Source of the DNA: Octopus bimaculoides
Lineage: Eukaryota
Direction of reading: 5' to 3'
Assembly: GCF_001194135.2 (NCBI RefSeq)
Contig: NC_068981.1
Span: forward strand, 109,376,113 to 109,439,490
Length of the DNA stretch: 63,378 nt
The notes under the pieces were generated by a model. That model searched no databases, had not been told where the DNA came from, and worked only from the letters and a program-made list of their open reading frames with translations. The position numbers and the translations under genes were made by a program. Shown piece by piece: positions 1-11,367 of this stretch (position 1 is its first letter; every line of letters starts with the position of its first letter).

Positions 1-66
1 GTGGGGTATGAGTTGATCTATTTATAACGTTAAGAGGGCTCCAAATGCCTTCAGAATTTTACTCTA

Positions 67-144
67 TCACGTGACCTTATTAGGGGCCGTGATTGGTCAG
101 TTTGCGTTCTGGCGGGAAAGGTTCGAAGAATTTGCCGATTCGAA
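67..144 (+). promoter_or_regulatory. Promoter-like cluster: E-box TCACGTGA (67-74), reverse CCAAT box (92-96), E2F/CDE site TGGCGGGA (110-117), 4-nt spacer, CHR-type TTCGAA (122-127), second TTCGAA (139-144)
   Basis: Motifs read directly; local CpG enrichment in a CpG-poor window. Confidence 0.6.
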
Positions 145-1171
145 TAATAATCAGTCACATGATGACAAGGAATGGGTTCTCTACTATGCTCGCATTTATT
201 TATATTTAAATGAGAAGATTGTATGTAATGGCGATAGTAGTTTTGTATCTAGTGACGATAGGTAGTTTCACTACATATATATATATATATATATATACAT
301 ACATACACACACACACACATATATATATAATCTTCTATTCAAATTTTAAAAGAACTCCAAAAATTTGTGAACTTAGAAGTTTTTCATTTAAACTGAATTT
401 AGAGTAATACCAAATTGGTAGGGTACCAATAAATGATTTATTATTATTGCTGTTTTTAGTTTTGGGCCATAGGTCCAATTAGCCCTCCACAGGAGCCATC
501 TTAGAAGTCTGCATGGAGTGCGGCTTTTAAGCTAGTGAATATTAATAATGATAAAATTAGGTGTTCATTTTTACTTAATTAGCTAATATTCAATATTTCA
601 GTTTGGAAAGGACCGAATACAAAGTTCTTACCTTTAGGGACCTTGCTCCACAAATCAAATGATAGATGTAACAAACTTAAATTTTATCTCTACCTGAATG
701 ATAATAATGATGGAGAAATATAGCTATCAACCAACAACTTAATTAGTTTTGACTCAAAAGATCAGAAAATATGCCAAGAAAATAGTGAGTTTAGATGAAA
801 ATTATAACAAGAAATTGAGAAGTTAAAAGCTAATGAAGGACAAGAATTCCTGGTACAGCATGGGGCAATGCATCACAGTTGCAACTGCTTGAAGAAGATG
901 GTCCCATTAAACTATTGTAGCCTCTAAATAGAGTGTACGGAGACTTCGTTGACAGCCACATATCACTACTTTTCTGTGCACTGCTGATATCAGAAATACA
1001 TCTCATCAATTTCTTGTTACACAAAGTTGATGAAGCTAATAGTCATTGGATAGGAAAGCTCACCGGCTAGTTTGGAACATTTGATGGAGTGGGCACCTTA
1101 AAAATGTTGAATGGTGAGGAATTGTAGTACAATGAACAATAATCTTCCTTGCTTTAGTTAGAAATTCTAGT

Positions 1172-1480
1172 CATCATCATCATCATCATTTAGCATTCAT
1201 TTTTCATGCTGGTGAGCCAGAAGAATGCATCGAACTTCTTTGGCATGGTTTCTGCATACAGCTGGATGCCCTTTCTAATGCCAATCACTTTACAGGGTGT
1301 ACTGGGTGCTTTTTATGTAGCACCTGCACTAGCGAAGTCACCAAGAACTCTCGACTATAGAGGGGTGGTTTTATGCCAAGTGATGAGAGGCTAAAGTATG
1401 ACAGAGAAACAGGAACAAGTGTCTTGCTGTAAAGAGATGTATGGTTACTTCAGTTGGAAAATAAAGATGAAGTTGTATCA
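1172..1480 (-). mobile_element. Diverged RTE-tail-type repeat
   Basis: (CAT)n ttagcattc...gctggatgccctttctaatgccaatcac. Confidence 0.65.
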
Positions 1481-2616
1481 GCATGGACCTTTCAGTTATA
1501 GGAAGATGAATTTAAGAAGTGGTATGGGTGGGTAAGTTCATGGAAGTGGGGGGAGAGTGCCAGAAAGATAAGAATAGAGGGAAATATAGTGAGTGGTGAA
1601 CATGATGGGGCATGGTTGATCATGAATATCAACTAGAGGGGAAGGTAGAGAAAATAGATGTGGGACAGGAAGGTAATAGGTGGCAGAGAAGCATGAAGGA
1701 GAGATGGTGCAAGGACAAAGCCAGAGGTACATACAGGGGAAATAGTGGGAGATGAATCAAGATGGTGGTGGTAGGAGGGCTGTCATTAGAAAAATGAGGG
1801 GTGTACATTTTTCAAATGATAGAAAAATGGAAGGGGAAAATAATGTGAGATAGGACATAAAGCATGCTGCTGCAATATGTAGAGCAAAAATTGTGGAATA
1901 GTAATCAATGGTCAAAAATTAGCCAACAGAGAGCCCTGTTATGGCAGCCAAAGCATAAATCTGTTTTCTTGTTAAAGGAAACAATAGATTGTTATAATTT
2001 GTGAAGTTTTTCACATATATACATAATCATCATCCTCATTTTTATGCCCATTTTTCTATACAGATATAGGTTGGACAAGATTTTTGGAAGTAGTATTTTA
2101 TGAAAGGTTAACTTCTTGACATCAGCCCATGTTTTCATGTCAGGTTCTTTATCTCACGTATCTTTGCATTCTGAACAGCTAAAACAGAGAAGATTGATCT
2201 TTGAAATTTAACTTATAAAGCATTGGTCAATCTCAGGTTACAGAAGACTTACCAAAGGTGCTACATACTGAGATATTTTAAAGGCTCCCTTCAGCCACGA
2301 ATGGCCATCAGATTGCACCTTAGAAAGTTCCCCTCTGAAGCACAAGTCTGAGCAAGATTGTTTGTGGAAGACCAGCAGTTGTCCATGCATACCAGTTCCC
2401 ATTCTCCATGCCACCAATGTTGTCCAAGAAGGCAAAGGCTGATACAGCTTGGTACTAGTGACATTGCAATCCATTTCTACAGCTGAGTGAACTGGAGCAA
2501 TGCAAAATAAAGTGTCTTGCTCGAGAACACAACACACAGCCCGGCCCAGGAATCAAACTCACAACCTCATGATTGTGAGCCCAACACCAAGCACTGAACT
2601 ATACACCTTCACACTG

Positions 2617-2657
<41 letters not shown>

Positions 2658-3017
2658 NNNNNNNNNNNNNNNNNNNNNNNNNNNNNNNNNNNNNNNNNNN
2701 NNNNNNNNNNNNNNNNNNNNNNNNNNNNNNNNNNNNNNNNNNNNNNNNNNNNNNNNNNNNNNNNNNNNNNNNNNNNNNNNNNNNNNNNNNNNNNNNNNNN
2801 NNNNNNNNNNNNNNNNNNNNNNNNNNNNNNNNNNNNNNNNNNNNNNNNNNNNNNNNNNNNNNNNNNNNNNNNNNNNNNNNNNNNNNNNNNNNNNNNNNNN
2901 NNNNNNNNNNNNNNNNNNNNNNNNNNNNNNNNNNNNNNNNNNNNNNNNNNNNNNNNNNNNNNNNNNNNNNNNNNNNNNNNNNNNNNNNNNNNNNNNNNNN
3001 NNNNNNNNNNNNNNNNN
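2658..3017. other. Assembly gap (360 N) after a (TA)n tract
   Basis: N run. Confidence 1.
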
Positions 3018-3362
3018 CATCTTTGGATGTATGCATATGACAACACAGCCATTGACTCACTCACACTGTCTCTTACAAACACGCACGCGCATACACACAT
3101 GTCTTTGTAAATATGTTTGTATACATTTATGTATGTGTGTGTTTGTAAGAGACAGAGTGTGAGTGAGAGAGAGAGGTTTGTTATGTATACGTACATGCAT
3201 AAATATACATACATCTTTGGATGTATGCATATGACAACACAGCCATTGACTCACTCACACTGTCTCTTACAAACACGCACGCGCATACACACATGTCTTT
3301 GTAAATATGTTTGTATACATTTATGTATGTGTGTGTTTGTAAGAGACAGAGTGTGAGTGAGT
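3018..3362. repeat. Tandem duplication with period 194 bp; each unit contains an inverted repeat
   Basis: catctttggatgtatgc... at 3018 and 3212. Confidence 0.85.
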
Positions 3363-3487
3363 CAAGGGGTGTGTGTGTGCGTGTGAGACAGAGTGAGAGA
3401 GCGGTGTGTATGTAGTATTTACTCTCTCTCTCTCTCTCTCTCATACACACTCACACACAAAATAGAGAGTGAAGCTTGTTGCCGTTG

Positions 3488-3506
3488 TTACGTCAATACC
3501 GGAAGT
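3488..3506 (+). promoter_or_regulatory. Promoter-like module: CRE/ATF-type TTACGTCA (3488-3495) next to ETS site ACCGGAAGT (3498-3506)
   Basis: Two consensus sites 2 nt apart in a small CpG-containing patch. Confidence 0.5.
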
Positions 3507-6200
3507 TGACATTGAGGAACTTTTTTAAAGAAGTGAATCTTAAATATAAAGCAATATTATTTATTTTTAATTAAAAAAATCAAATGAAGAGCCTAACATT
3601 TATCCGAGGTCAAATTATTCATGCATCACAAGTATGGAAGCATTTGGTGAAGTCGATTTCACGTGAAAAGTGATTACACACACATCTCTGTTTTATATAT
3701 AGTATAGATATATATACATACATACACACATTCTTTCTTCCAACACACATTAAAAAGTAAGAAATCCATTTTTTTAGTATAATTGCTTCTGTCTAATAAT
3801 ATATTCTTCTAGTTATTCATTCTAAAAAGAACTTGGAGTCTCACAAGCTATAAAAGAAATGAAGACAATAGAAAGAAAAACAAAAAGGATGAATTTTTCA
3901 TACTATACTTATTTATTATGTGTCTTGAAAGTATGAAGAAAATTTTTGGAGTATCAGTTAATGAAAATATTCTAGTTGATAAGAACAGATTTCTTGATTA
4001 AAATCTTAAGCAGAAACAAATAATTAGTAATGTAAGAATTTGAGAAATTTGAACAAAAATTAGTGTTCTAAGTCCATAAATTCTTAAAAAAATTTTTTTC
4101 ATTTTACAGAGAAAATACATGGAAAATATTACAAGTGAATATTCAAATGAAATGAGTTTGTAAATGAATATTGGTACATCTTATTTACAACTACTTTCAC
4201 ACACTACTTAAATCATTACAATCAAGTGGATAAACCCCTTGAAATGATCAACCAAGGTTTGCCCTAATTAGTGGTTTTCTCAGATTCCCAGTGGGTGTGG
4301 GGTCTTTTTTTTTTGTATTCAATGTACACTTATCAACTGGACAAAAGTATATTATTCATTTATATCATAGGAGGGACCCGCCCCCCACTGCAAATGTATA
4401 GAATTAAAGATAGGGTAATTTTTTGAAGCAGATTTCACTACACCCAAAGATTTTATATATTTATTTTAATATATTAGATATTTGAAATACATTCTGTCAT
4501 AAAAGAAATATGCCATCTGATTCATTTAAAAACATCCAATCAAATGTTGGTTATTAGAACCAATTTTTTCAGGTTACATCATCTATAATTTAACTGAAGG
4601 AAATTCAAATATATATCACTCTTTTCTTCCAGTTGACTAAATAAAATACATTGGAGCAGCATTAACTATAAATATTCAGGAGAAATTTGCTCCAAAAAAG
4701 TAGAAAAAGTGAGAAATTTATAAACACTGTAAAAACAGACTTAATATAATAACTATATATCAGAAATTTTAAAAAAGGAACTTAAAACAAACTTATTCTT
4801 TATACTTATTAGCTGGGTTAAATATTTTCCTTCAATTTTTTTAAAACTGAATCTTTTTAGAAATTATAGATGTTAGTTCGAAAAATAGAAAAAACTGATG
4901 CAACCAACATTTTGTTACAAACAGCAAAATTTGCTCCCTTAAAGTAGAAAAAGTGAGAAATTTATAAACACTGTAAAAACAGAATTCTCCAGCTCTGTAA
5001 TTACCACAAATTTCTATAATAGAACTTATGTTAAGTATATCTATACATGTAACTGAAGAATTGCTAGCCCCATTTACACCCTAAGAAACTCATATCTAAC
5101 ACTACCCCATATACTAATTGCCTCTCCAAAATAATGAAATAGAAGCACCTCATTCTCACACCAACCATCTCATTAAAGGAATGAGATACAAAGAGAAATA
5201 AACAGAGATACTTTCTGGCTGATGTCCCGTTTTCCAACAATATTGTATGGCTGGTCTCAATATTCAATGAGAACTTCTACATGGTTGCTCAACACACTGA
5301 AAACAGCCAAATCTTCTTCAAATCATGCCCTACCATTTTATATAAAGGATATATTGGATAACAAAATTCATAGATAAATAATCAAAACTAGATCATTAAT
5401 CATCAATTAGGACTGGCCATAGTTTGTTAGCTTGTAGAGTTGAATTCATATCCTCTCCTGGCTTTCAACTTGGACCAGGATGGTCTTTATATGGTTGATT
5501 TACATTAGTTTTTTAGCAGGCAGACACTATATACACCACCTGAAGACAAATCATTCAGTGTTGTCCAACAATTCAATGCTTTATGAAATATCCATATCCA
5601 TATTATTACAGTTGTTTTTGAAATTTGGATAAGAGTGAAAAAAATTACTAGCATAGATATTTTTATGGCTGAACAGGTTTTGCAATTTTCAACAGGTGGA
5701 ATAGGATAAGCTGTGTAATATGCCTTTGCCCTAAATTCATGACATAACTGGTATGAACCAAACATACTTTTGGCCATTCAGCCAGTTTCACAAAAAAAAC
5801 AATTTAGTTATATATTCTGAAACTTATATCAATTTTCTTCACTAAAGTACTCTTATGTGAATACAAAAAAAAAAAAAAAAAAAATTTCTTCTAGATAATC
5901 CACTGAGATGATATTTTCAAGTAAAATATACCTCAAAAAATTTCATCTACAGAATTTAACAATTTCACTCCCAACATACCCCTAAAAATAATGTAAGAGG
6001 CAGTAATAAATTTTCTTGGCATTTATACAAAGATACATGGGTTACCATATTTATACTGATTGATACTTCTGAAAAGGAAGATAGAGAATCTCTCAACTAA
6101 CATAGCACTTAAACAAAAATTAAAACTATGCTTATATTTTGGATAATATTAGAGATGGCTTCTTTTTCATTAACAAATGTGTTTGCAAATAGCTCTCAGT

Positions 6201-6206
6201 TTTATT
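6201..6206 (-). promoter_or_regulatory. Candidate polyadenylation signal AATAAA for the USP gene
   Basis: First AATAAA I found on the minus strand after the stop codon (about 700 nt downstream); hexamer is common in AT-rich DNA. Confidence 0.3.
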
Positions 6207-6905
6207 ACACACAGAATGTTAATTATCCAGTCGTTGATAACTTCACATTCAATTTCCTCTCAAAATATTATTCATTATCTAAATAATTATATATTCAGTT
6301 ATCCATGAGATAACTCTAGACCAAAAAGTATTTCAAAGTAGAAAGAAATTACTTCTTTAAAAAGAAGAATGTTAAGTTTCTGGAGAAAATAATTTAGAAA
6401 GCTTTTAGAAAGAATTAGTGAAATCTTATACCAATAAAAGTCTTAAGGTGGGTAAACTTATGAGAAGGTTTTTAAGAAATAAAATAGCAAAAGGGAAAGT
6501 ATTTGATGAAAATAGAAAAATAAATATATTTTCATTAGAAAATAGAATTATGTTCTAGTAATTAATTTTTTTGACAAAAGTATAAATTTTCCAGTTATTA
6601 GTTCAGAACTAAGGGGGGGAGAAAAATTTTTAAAACAGTTTGCTGAGATTCGATGTAGTAGATTTTACATAGTCATATGTTTCTCTGTGGTTACTGCCAA
6701 ACTTCTTCCATATATGTATGTTGTTTGTGTAAAATGTAAATGAAAGTTGGCTTTAAATTGCAGAAAATGAAATGAAGTCCAATAAATGTGAAAGATAGGA
6801 TTAGTACACTAAGCTATCTCTACCAGTAGAGAAGAAAATTCATTCATGTGGCAGTGTCTATCACATAACAGAAGAAGTCTGGATTGAAAATGTTTTCTCT
6901 AAAGA

Positions 6906-7460
6906 TCAAGTGCAAGGTTTAAACCGACTCATATAAAAGTCACAGTCTTGACAGTAAACTTGTCCTTGTTGAACTCCTTTCTTTTGACACAAATTGCAAA
7001 AAGGACCATTAGTTAGTTCAGTGGGGTCTTCACTACTAGAACTGCTGTCATCATCCCAATCATATTTTTCATTGGTGCTCTTTTCCTTCTGATTTATGTT
7101 TGCATCATGGCTTGTGTACATCTTATTGTTTGGAGCAATCATTGCAATATTATCAGCAAATGTCACAGATTTACGTGGTCTAGAGCCTTGTTGAAACTGG
7201 TGCTTGCTGAGTGCTGGTTTTGGTTTCATTGTACTTGATTCTGACTTGCTTCTAACCCTAAAAGACCTTCGCTGAGTAAGGTTACCATTGCCATCTACAG
7301 AATCTGAAATTTTGTTAGTGACATCATATTCAAACTTTGAAGCCAAATCCTTGACACTAGGTCTGACAAAATCTTCATCATCACTGGCACATAACCTCTC
7401 TGAGATCAAATTCTGAGAATTAGCCAAATGAACGAAAGTTTCACTATTACTTTCAGAAAC
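6906..7460 (-). CDS. USP54: Terminal coding exon 16: VSESNSETF...SVKDLASKFE...RKSVTFAD...CNLCQKKGVQQGQVYCQDCDFYMSRFKPCT*
   Basis: Acceptor cctctatttttctag, phase 0, open to TGA at 6908-6906. Confidence 0.9.
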   Translation of the reverse strand, partial: VSESNSETFVHLANSQNLISERLCASDDEDFVRPSVKDLASKFEYDVTNKISDSVDGNGNLTQRRSFRVRSKSESSTMKPKPALSKHQFQQGSRPRKSVTFADNIAMIAPNNKMYTSHDANINQKEKSTNEKYDWDDDSSSSSEDPTELTNGPFCNLCQKKGVQQGQVYCQDCDFYMSRFKPCT

Positions 7461-8118
7461 CTAGAAAAATAGAGGAAATAAAAGCTTTCTTTAAAATTAA
7501 TGTAAAGTAAATAATTTACAAGTATACAACTCAGCAAAACTTAAAAGTTTGAAGACTATAAAAAGTATTTTACAAATTCACAACAATGAAAGAAGACTGA
7601 CATATTAAGCTTCCTTTGATATGCTCTGTAAATAGAAATCTCAATATACTATTTAATAACATTACAGTGAAAAATTATGAAGTGTTTTTGTCAATACAGA
7701 ATACTATGGCAAGATATGTTGTAATGTTCCATCTTTATCAAACAACAAGCTGACCCAGACAAGATTTGAAAAAAAACCCCAAAAAACTTCAATGTGATCT
7801 ACTAAATTATGTATTTATGTAGCTATTTCAGCTTGAATTAATATATTATTGGGACTTCTGAAAACTGCATTCATATACTGTATTTTCAGACTATCAGATT
7901 CCTCTAAGTAGTATTAAAAGGAAGATGAGCCCAAAACTGTAAAGCTGTATGTGGTGACCAGTAAGCCAACAATATAAAACCTCAATTGGCAGCTTTTATA
8001 CTTTGTTTGGATATCTAGCCATAAAAATACCTAAATCACTGCTTCCATCTCACCTATGGAGAATTAAAAAACATTACAAGAAATCCAAACAACAATATCT
8101 AAATTGCTATGAACTAAC

Positions 8119-8177
8119 CTTTAATGCAGTATTTTTAGTAGCTGTATCAGCAGTGCCATTTGTAATTGAAGAGCCAT
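8119..8177 (-). CDS. USP54: Coding exon 15: (D)GSSITNGTADTATKNTALK
   Basis: Strong acceptor tttttctccctccttttcag, donor GTTAGT; phase 1/0 bridges exons 14 and 16 exactly. Confidence 0.82.
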
Positions 8178-9246
8178 CTGAAAAGGAGGGAGAAAAATAT
8201 TGTATTAATTTCTTTTATTACATTAAAAGTTAAAAAGTTTTTTGGTGTATTTCTGATGACAGAAACAACTTACCCAGTGCTTGGAGACTTAAGGGTATCT
8301 CTAATAAAATCCAGTATATAAGCTATGATATTGAAACTGAGTCCTCAGTGCAATTTCTTTGAATATTTGAAATTGTTTCATTTTGCTTGTTGAATGCAAG
8401 TAGGAGGGGAGGGAGGGGGTGTTTGTTTATGTTTAATATGCTAGATTAAGCAGAGAACTGGATTTGAATGGCAGCTAAATCCTCCCTTACCACACAATTA
8501 GTAGAAGTTCAGTATGTATGGACATTATTACTTATACAGTGTAGTCAACACCAACTCAAGATTTGGTTAAAGTTGCTATGATGATATAAATGATCAATAT
8601 GACCAAATATACATAGAATACAAGAATAATGCTCTAACATATATTAAGCAGTATTTAAGAATACACTTAATTCAAATCTTTGGACAGCTTTTAAAGGGGC
8701 AACACATTAGCTAAACATCAACCAAGTTTTTATCTCTAAAAATAATTTAAAGTAAAAGAAATAAAGATGCATTTTATCTGCAAGATCTGGTACATTTAGG
8801 TACCCAATAATATTTGTATAAAATTCTAAGTGTGAAAAATTAGTTTTAAAATATTAATTTTCACTGTATTTTAGTAAAACCATTATCACTGTAACTATAA
8901 ATCAACACTTTTTTTTTACTAAAAGCAAAAATCTTAATTTCTTTAATAGCAAATTGGTAAAAATAGAGAGTGTAGTCTAAGTAATTTAATGTCTTTAGTA
9001 TCATCTCTAAATGTTCTGAGTTCAAACACCACCATCTGAACTAACTACTTTTCAATCAAAAATCCCAAACCACTAACAAAAATGCATTTTTGCCAACATA
9101 AAAAAAGACTAATGATATCTACATTTTAAAGAAAATTCAATGTTTTTCAATTGCAAATCTCTGTAACTCCCCAGTGATTGCTACCTAAGGGTTCCACTTG
9201 TAAACAATGGGACTAAAATAGAAACAAAATACACCTATAACAGTTC

Positions 9247-10200
9247 ACATCATCATTTAACGTCCGTTGTCCATGCTGGTATGGGTTGGATGGTCTGATC
9301 AGGGCTAGCAATCTGGAAGGTTGCACCAGATTCCAGTCTGATTTGGCATGGTTTCTACAGTTAGATGCCCTTCCTCATGCCAACCACTCCTAGGGTGTAA
9401 TGGGTGCTTTTACATGCCACCAGCATGGGTGCCATTTGCATCACACCAGTATCTCCCACAGCTGCAATTTTACTTGGCTTGATGGGTCTTCTCAAGCATG
9501 ATATAATGCCAAAGGTTTCGGTCACTCACCATTACTTCCGTGAAGCCCAACACTTAAAAGGAGCTTTTCACATGCCACTGGCATCGGTCACTTTGTTTCC
9601 ATGAGACCCAACACTTGATAGGTGCTTTTTATGTGCTACCAGCTTGACGGGTCTTCTCAAGCACAGCATATTGCCAAAGGTCTCAGTCCCTCTTCATTGC
9701 CTCTGTGAGGCCTAAAGTTCAAAGATCATACTTCACCACCTCATCCCGTGTATTCCAGGGTCTATCTCTACCACAGGTTCCTCCACAGTTAGAGATCGGC
9801 ACTTCTTTACGCAGCTGTCCTCGTCCATATGCATCACATGACCATACCAGTGCAGTCATCTCTCTTGCACACCACATCTGATGCCTAACTTTTCTCTCAA
9901 GATTCTTACACTCTGCCGAACATGCACATCCAGTGAAACATACTGGCTTCATTTCTTTCAAGCCTACGCATGTCCTCAGCTGTCACAGCCCATGTTTCAA
10001 GCCGTGTAGCATAGTTGTTTGCACACAAGCAACATACAATCTGCCTTTCACTCTGAGGGAGAGGCCCTTTGTTGCCAGCAAAGGTAGGAGCTCTTTGAAC
10101 TTTGCCCAGCCTATTCTTCTCACAGCTACGCTCTCTGAGCATCCACCTCCACTACTAACTTGATCAACTAGGTAACAGAACCTATCTACTTCCTCTAGCT
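9247..10200 (-). mobile_element. 5'-truncated RTE (C-terminal ORF remnant plus 3' UTR)
   Basis: LETWAVTAEDMRRLERNEASM and GRDRPWNTRDEVVKYDL on the minus strand; catcatcatttaacgtcc terminus. Confidence 0.9.
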
Positions 10201-11160
10201 TACCCCACTGGCAGATGATAGAGTTTATTTTCTGTACATTTTCCTCTTCATATATTTACATTATCAGAGTTGAGAAGAGTTACCTCAACAACAACTACCA
10301 GTAATAGTATTATACCTAATAGAAATAACATTATGCAAATCAATAGATTAACAAATACCATATTCAAAAGGATAATCTTTCAGCAAACCAAGCCGAAAGA
10401 CTGTCTTTGATACCCTGTTATGACTTGTTCACTTTACTTAGAAAGCTCATGTTCTTGGGAAGTTACAAACATCATAAACACTTCCTTCATGCACTTTAAC
10501 AATTCTAATATCACTTTGACACATTTGATTACAACAAAACAAAAACAAAACATTTGGTTATTTATAAGATTTTCATATACAAACCAATCAAAAAAGTACA
10601 GAATCATCTCTATTCCTACTGAACATTATGATTTTAGTTGATATTATTTGTAAATCTTGAAGAGTACAGGTAGTTTTACACCTGTAAAACAATGATTGTT
10701 GCAGTGGTGCAGTAACTACTGTTATGGTAGTTTAACAGTTTTGAAAAGTTTGGTTATGGACTAGCAATACCGAAACTGCATACTAATTACAATCATCATT
10801 GTACTTACATCTACTTTTTCCAAGTTGGCAAGGGCTGTATGATACTTTTTGAGGCAGTATTCTATAGCAGGACAACCCTTGTTTTTCACACAAGGCACTT
10901 TAATCAACATCAGTTCATAATGAATTGCAGCAGGGTATTTTATAGATGGGAGATGTGTCTTCCATTGAAGTAGTGTCAAGAGATGTGGATACAAACACAT
11001 AGACATGACTGGTAGCCAAACAGTTATCTACCAATTTCATTCACAAGGCTATATACAGTAGAAGATATTGCCCAAGATGTCTTTAATGTACAATATCAAT
11101 CACACATAAACAGTGTGTGTGTGCTTTTATTTATACACCAAATTTGCTGCAGGTTATTAG

Positions 11161-11367
11161 CTGGGATAGCTTGCTACACAATGATGAGTGTTAAAGAACG
11201 TCATAGACCAAGCAAGACAACCCACTTCAGATTGAATCTGAGAGTGGTAGATACCAATATGTCATCTTTATTATAGCTTACCAATACCACGTGGCAAGTT
11301 GTCTCATCTGGTCTATGACATTCGGGTGTTCTTTTAACACTCAGTATTGTGTAGGAAGCTATCCTAG
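11161..11367. mobile_element. Fold-back/MITE-like element with inverted arms of about 60 bp
   Basis: ctgggatagcttgctacacaatgatgagtgttaaagaac..gtcatagacca pairs with tggtctatgac..gttcttttaacactcagtattgtgtaggaagctatcctag. Confidence 0.75.

Noticed and set aside
830-1110. Moderately GC-rich stretch with a 64-aa ORF
   Set aside because: No recognisable protein in the frames I translated; probably a decayed repeat
2500-3450. Long ORFs of 150-220 aa in the ORF track
   Set aside because: Artefacts of N runs and TA/TG/GA microsatellites
4119-4163. MENITSEYS as the LRRC45 N-terminus (MEEFRRSYS)
   Set aside because: Only four identities, and the frame stops after 14 codons
11153-11275. Plus-strand LLAGIAC... 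frame as a second LRRC45 exon
   Set aside because: The sequence is the left arm of the 11161-11367 inverted-repeat element, and the similarity does not extend
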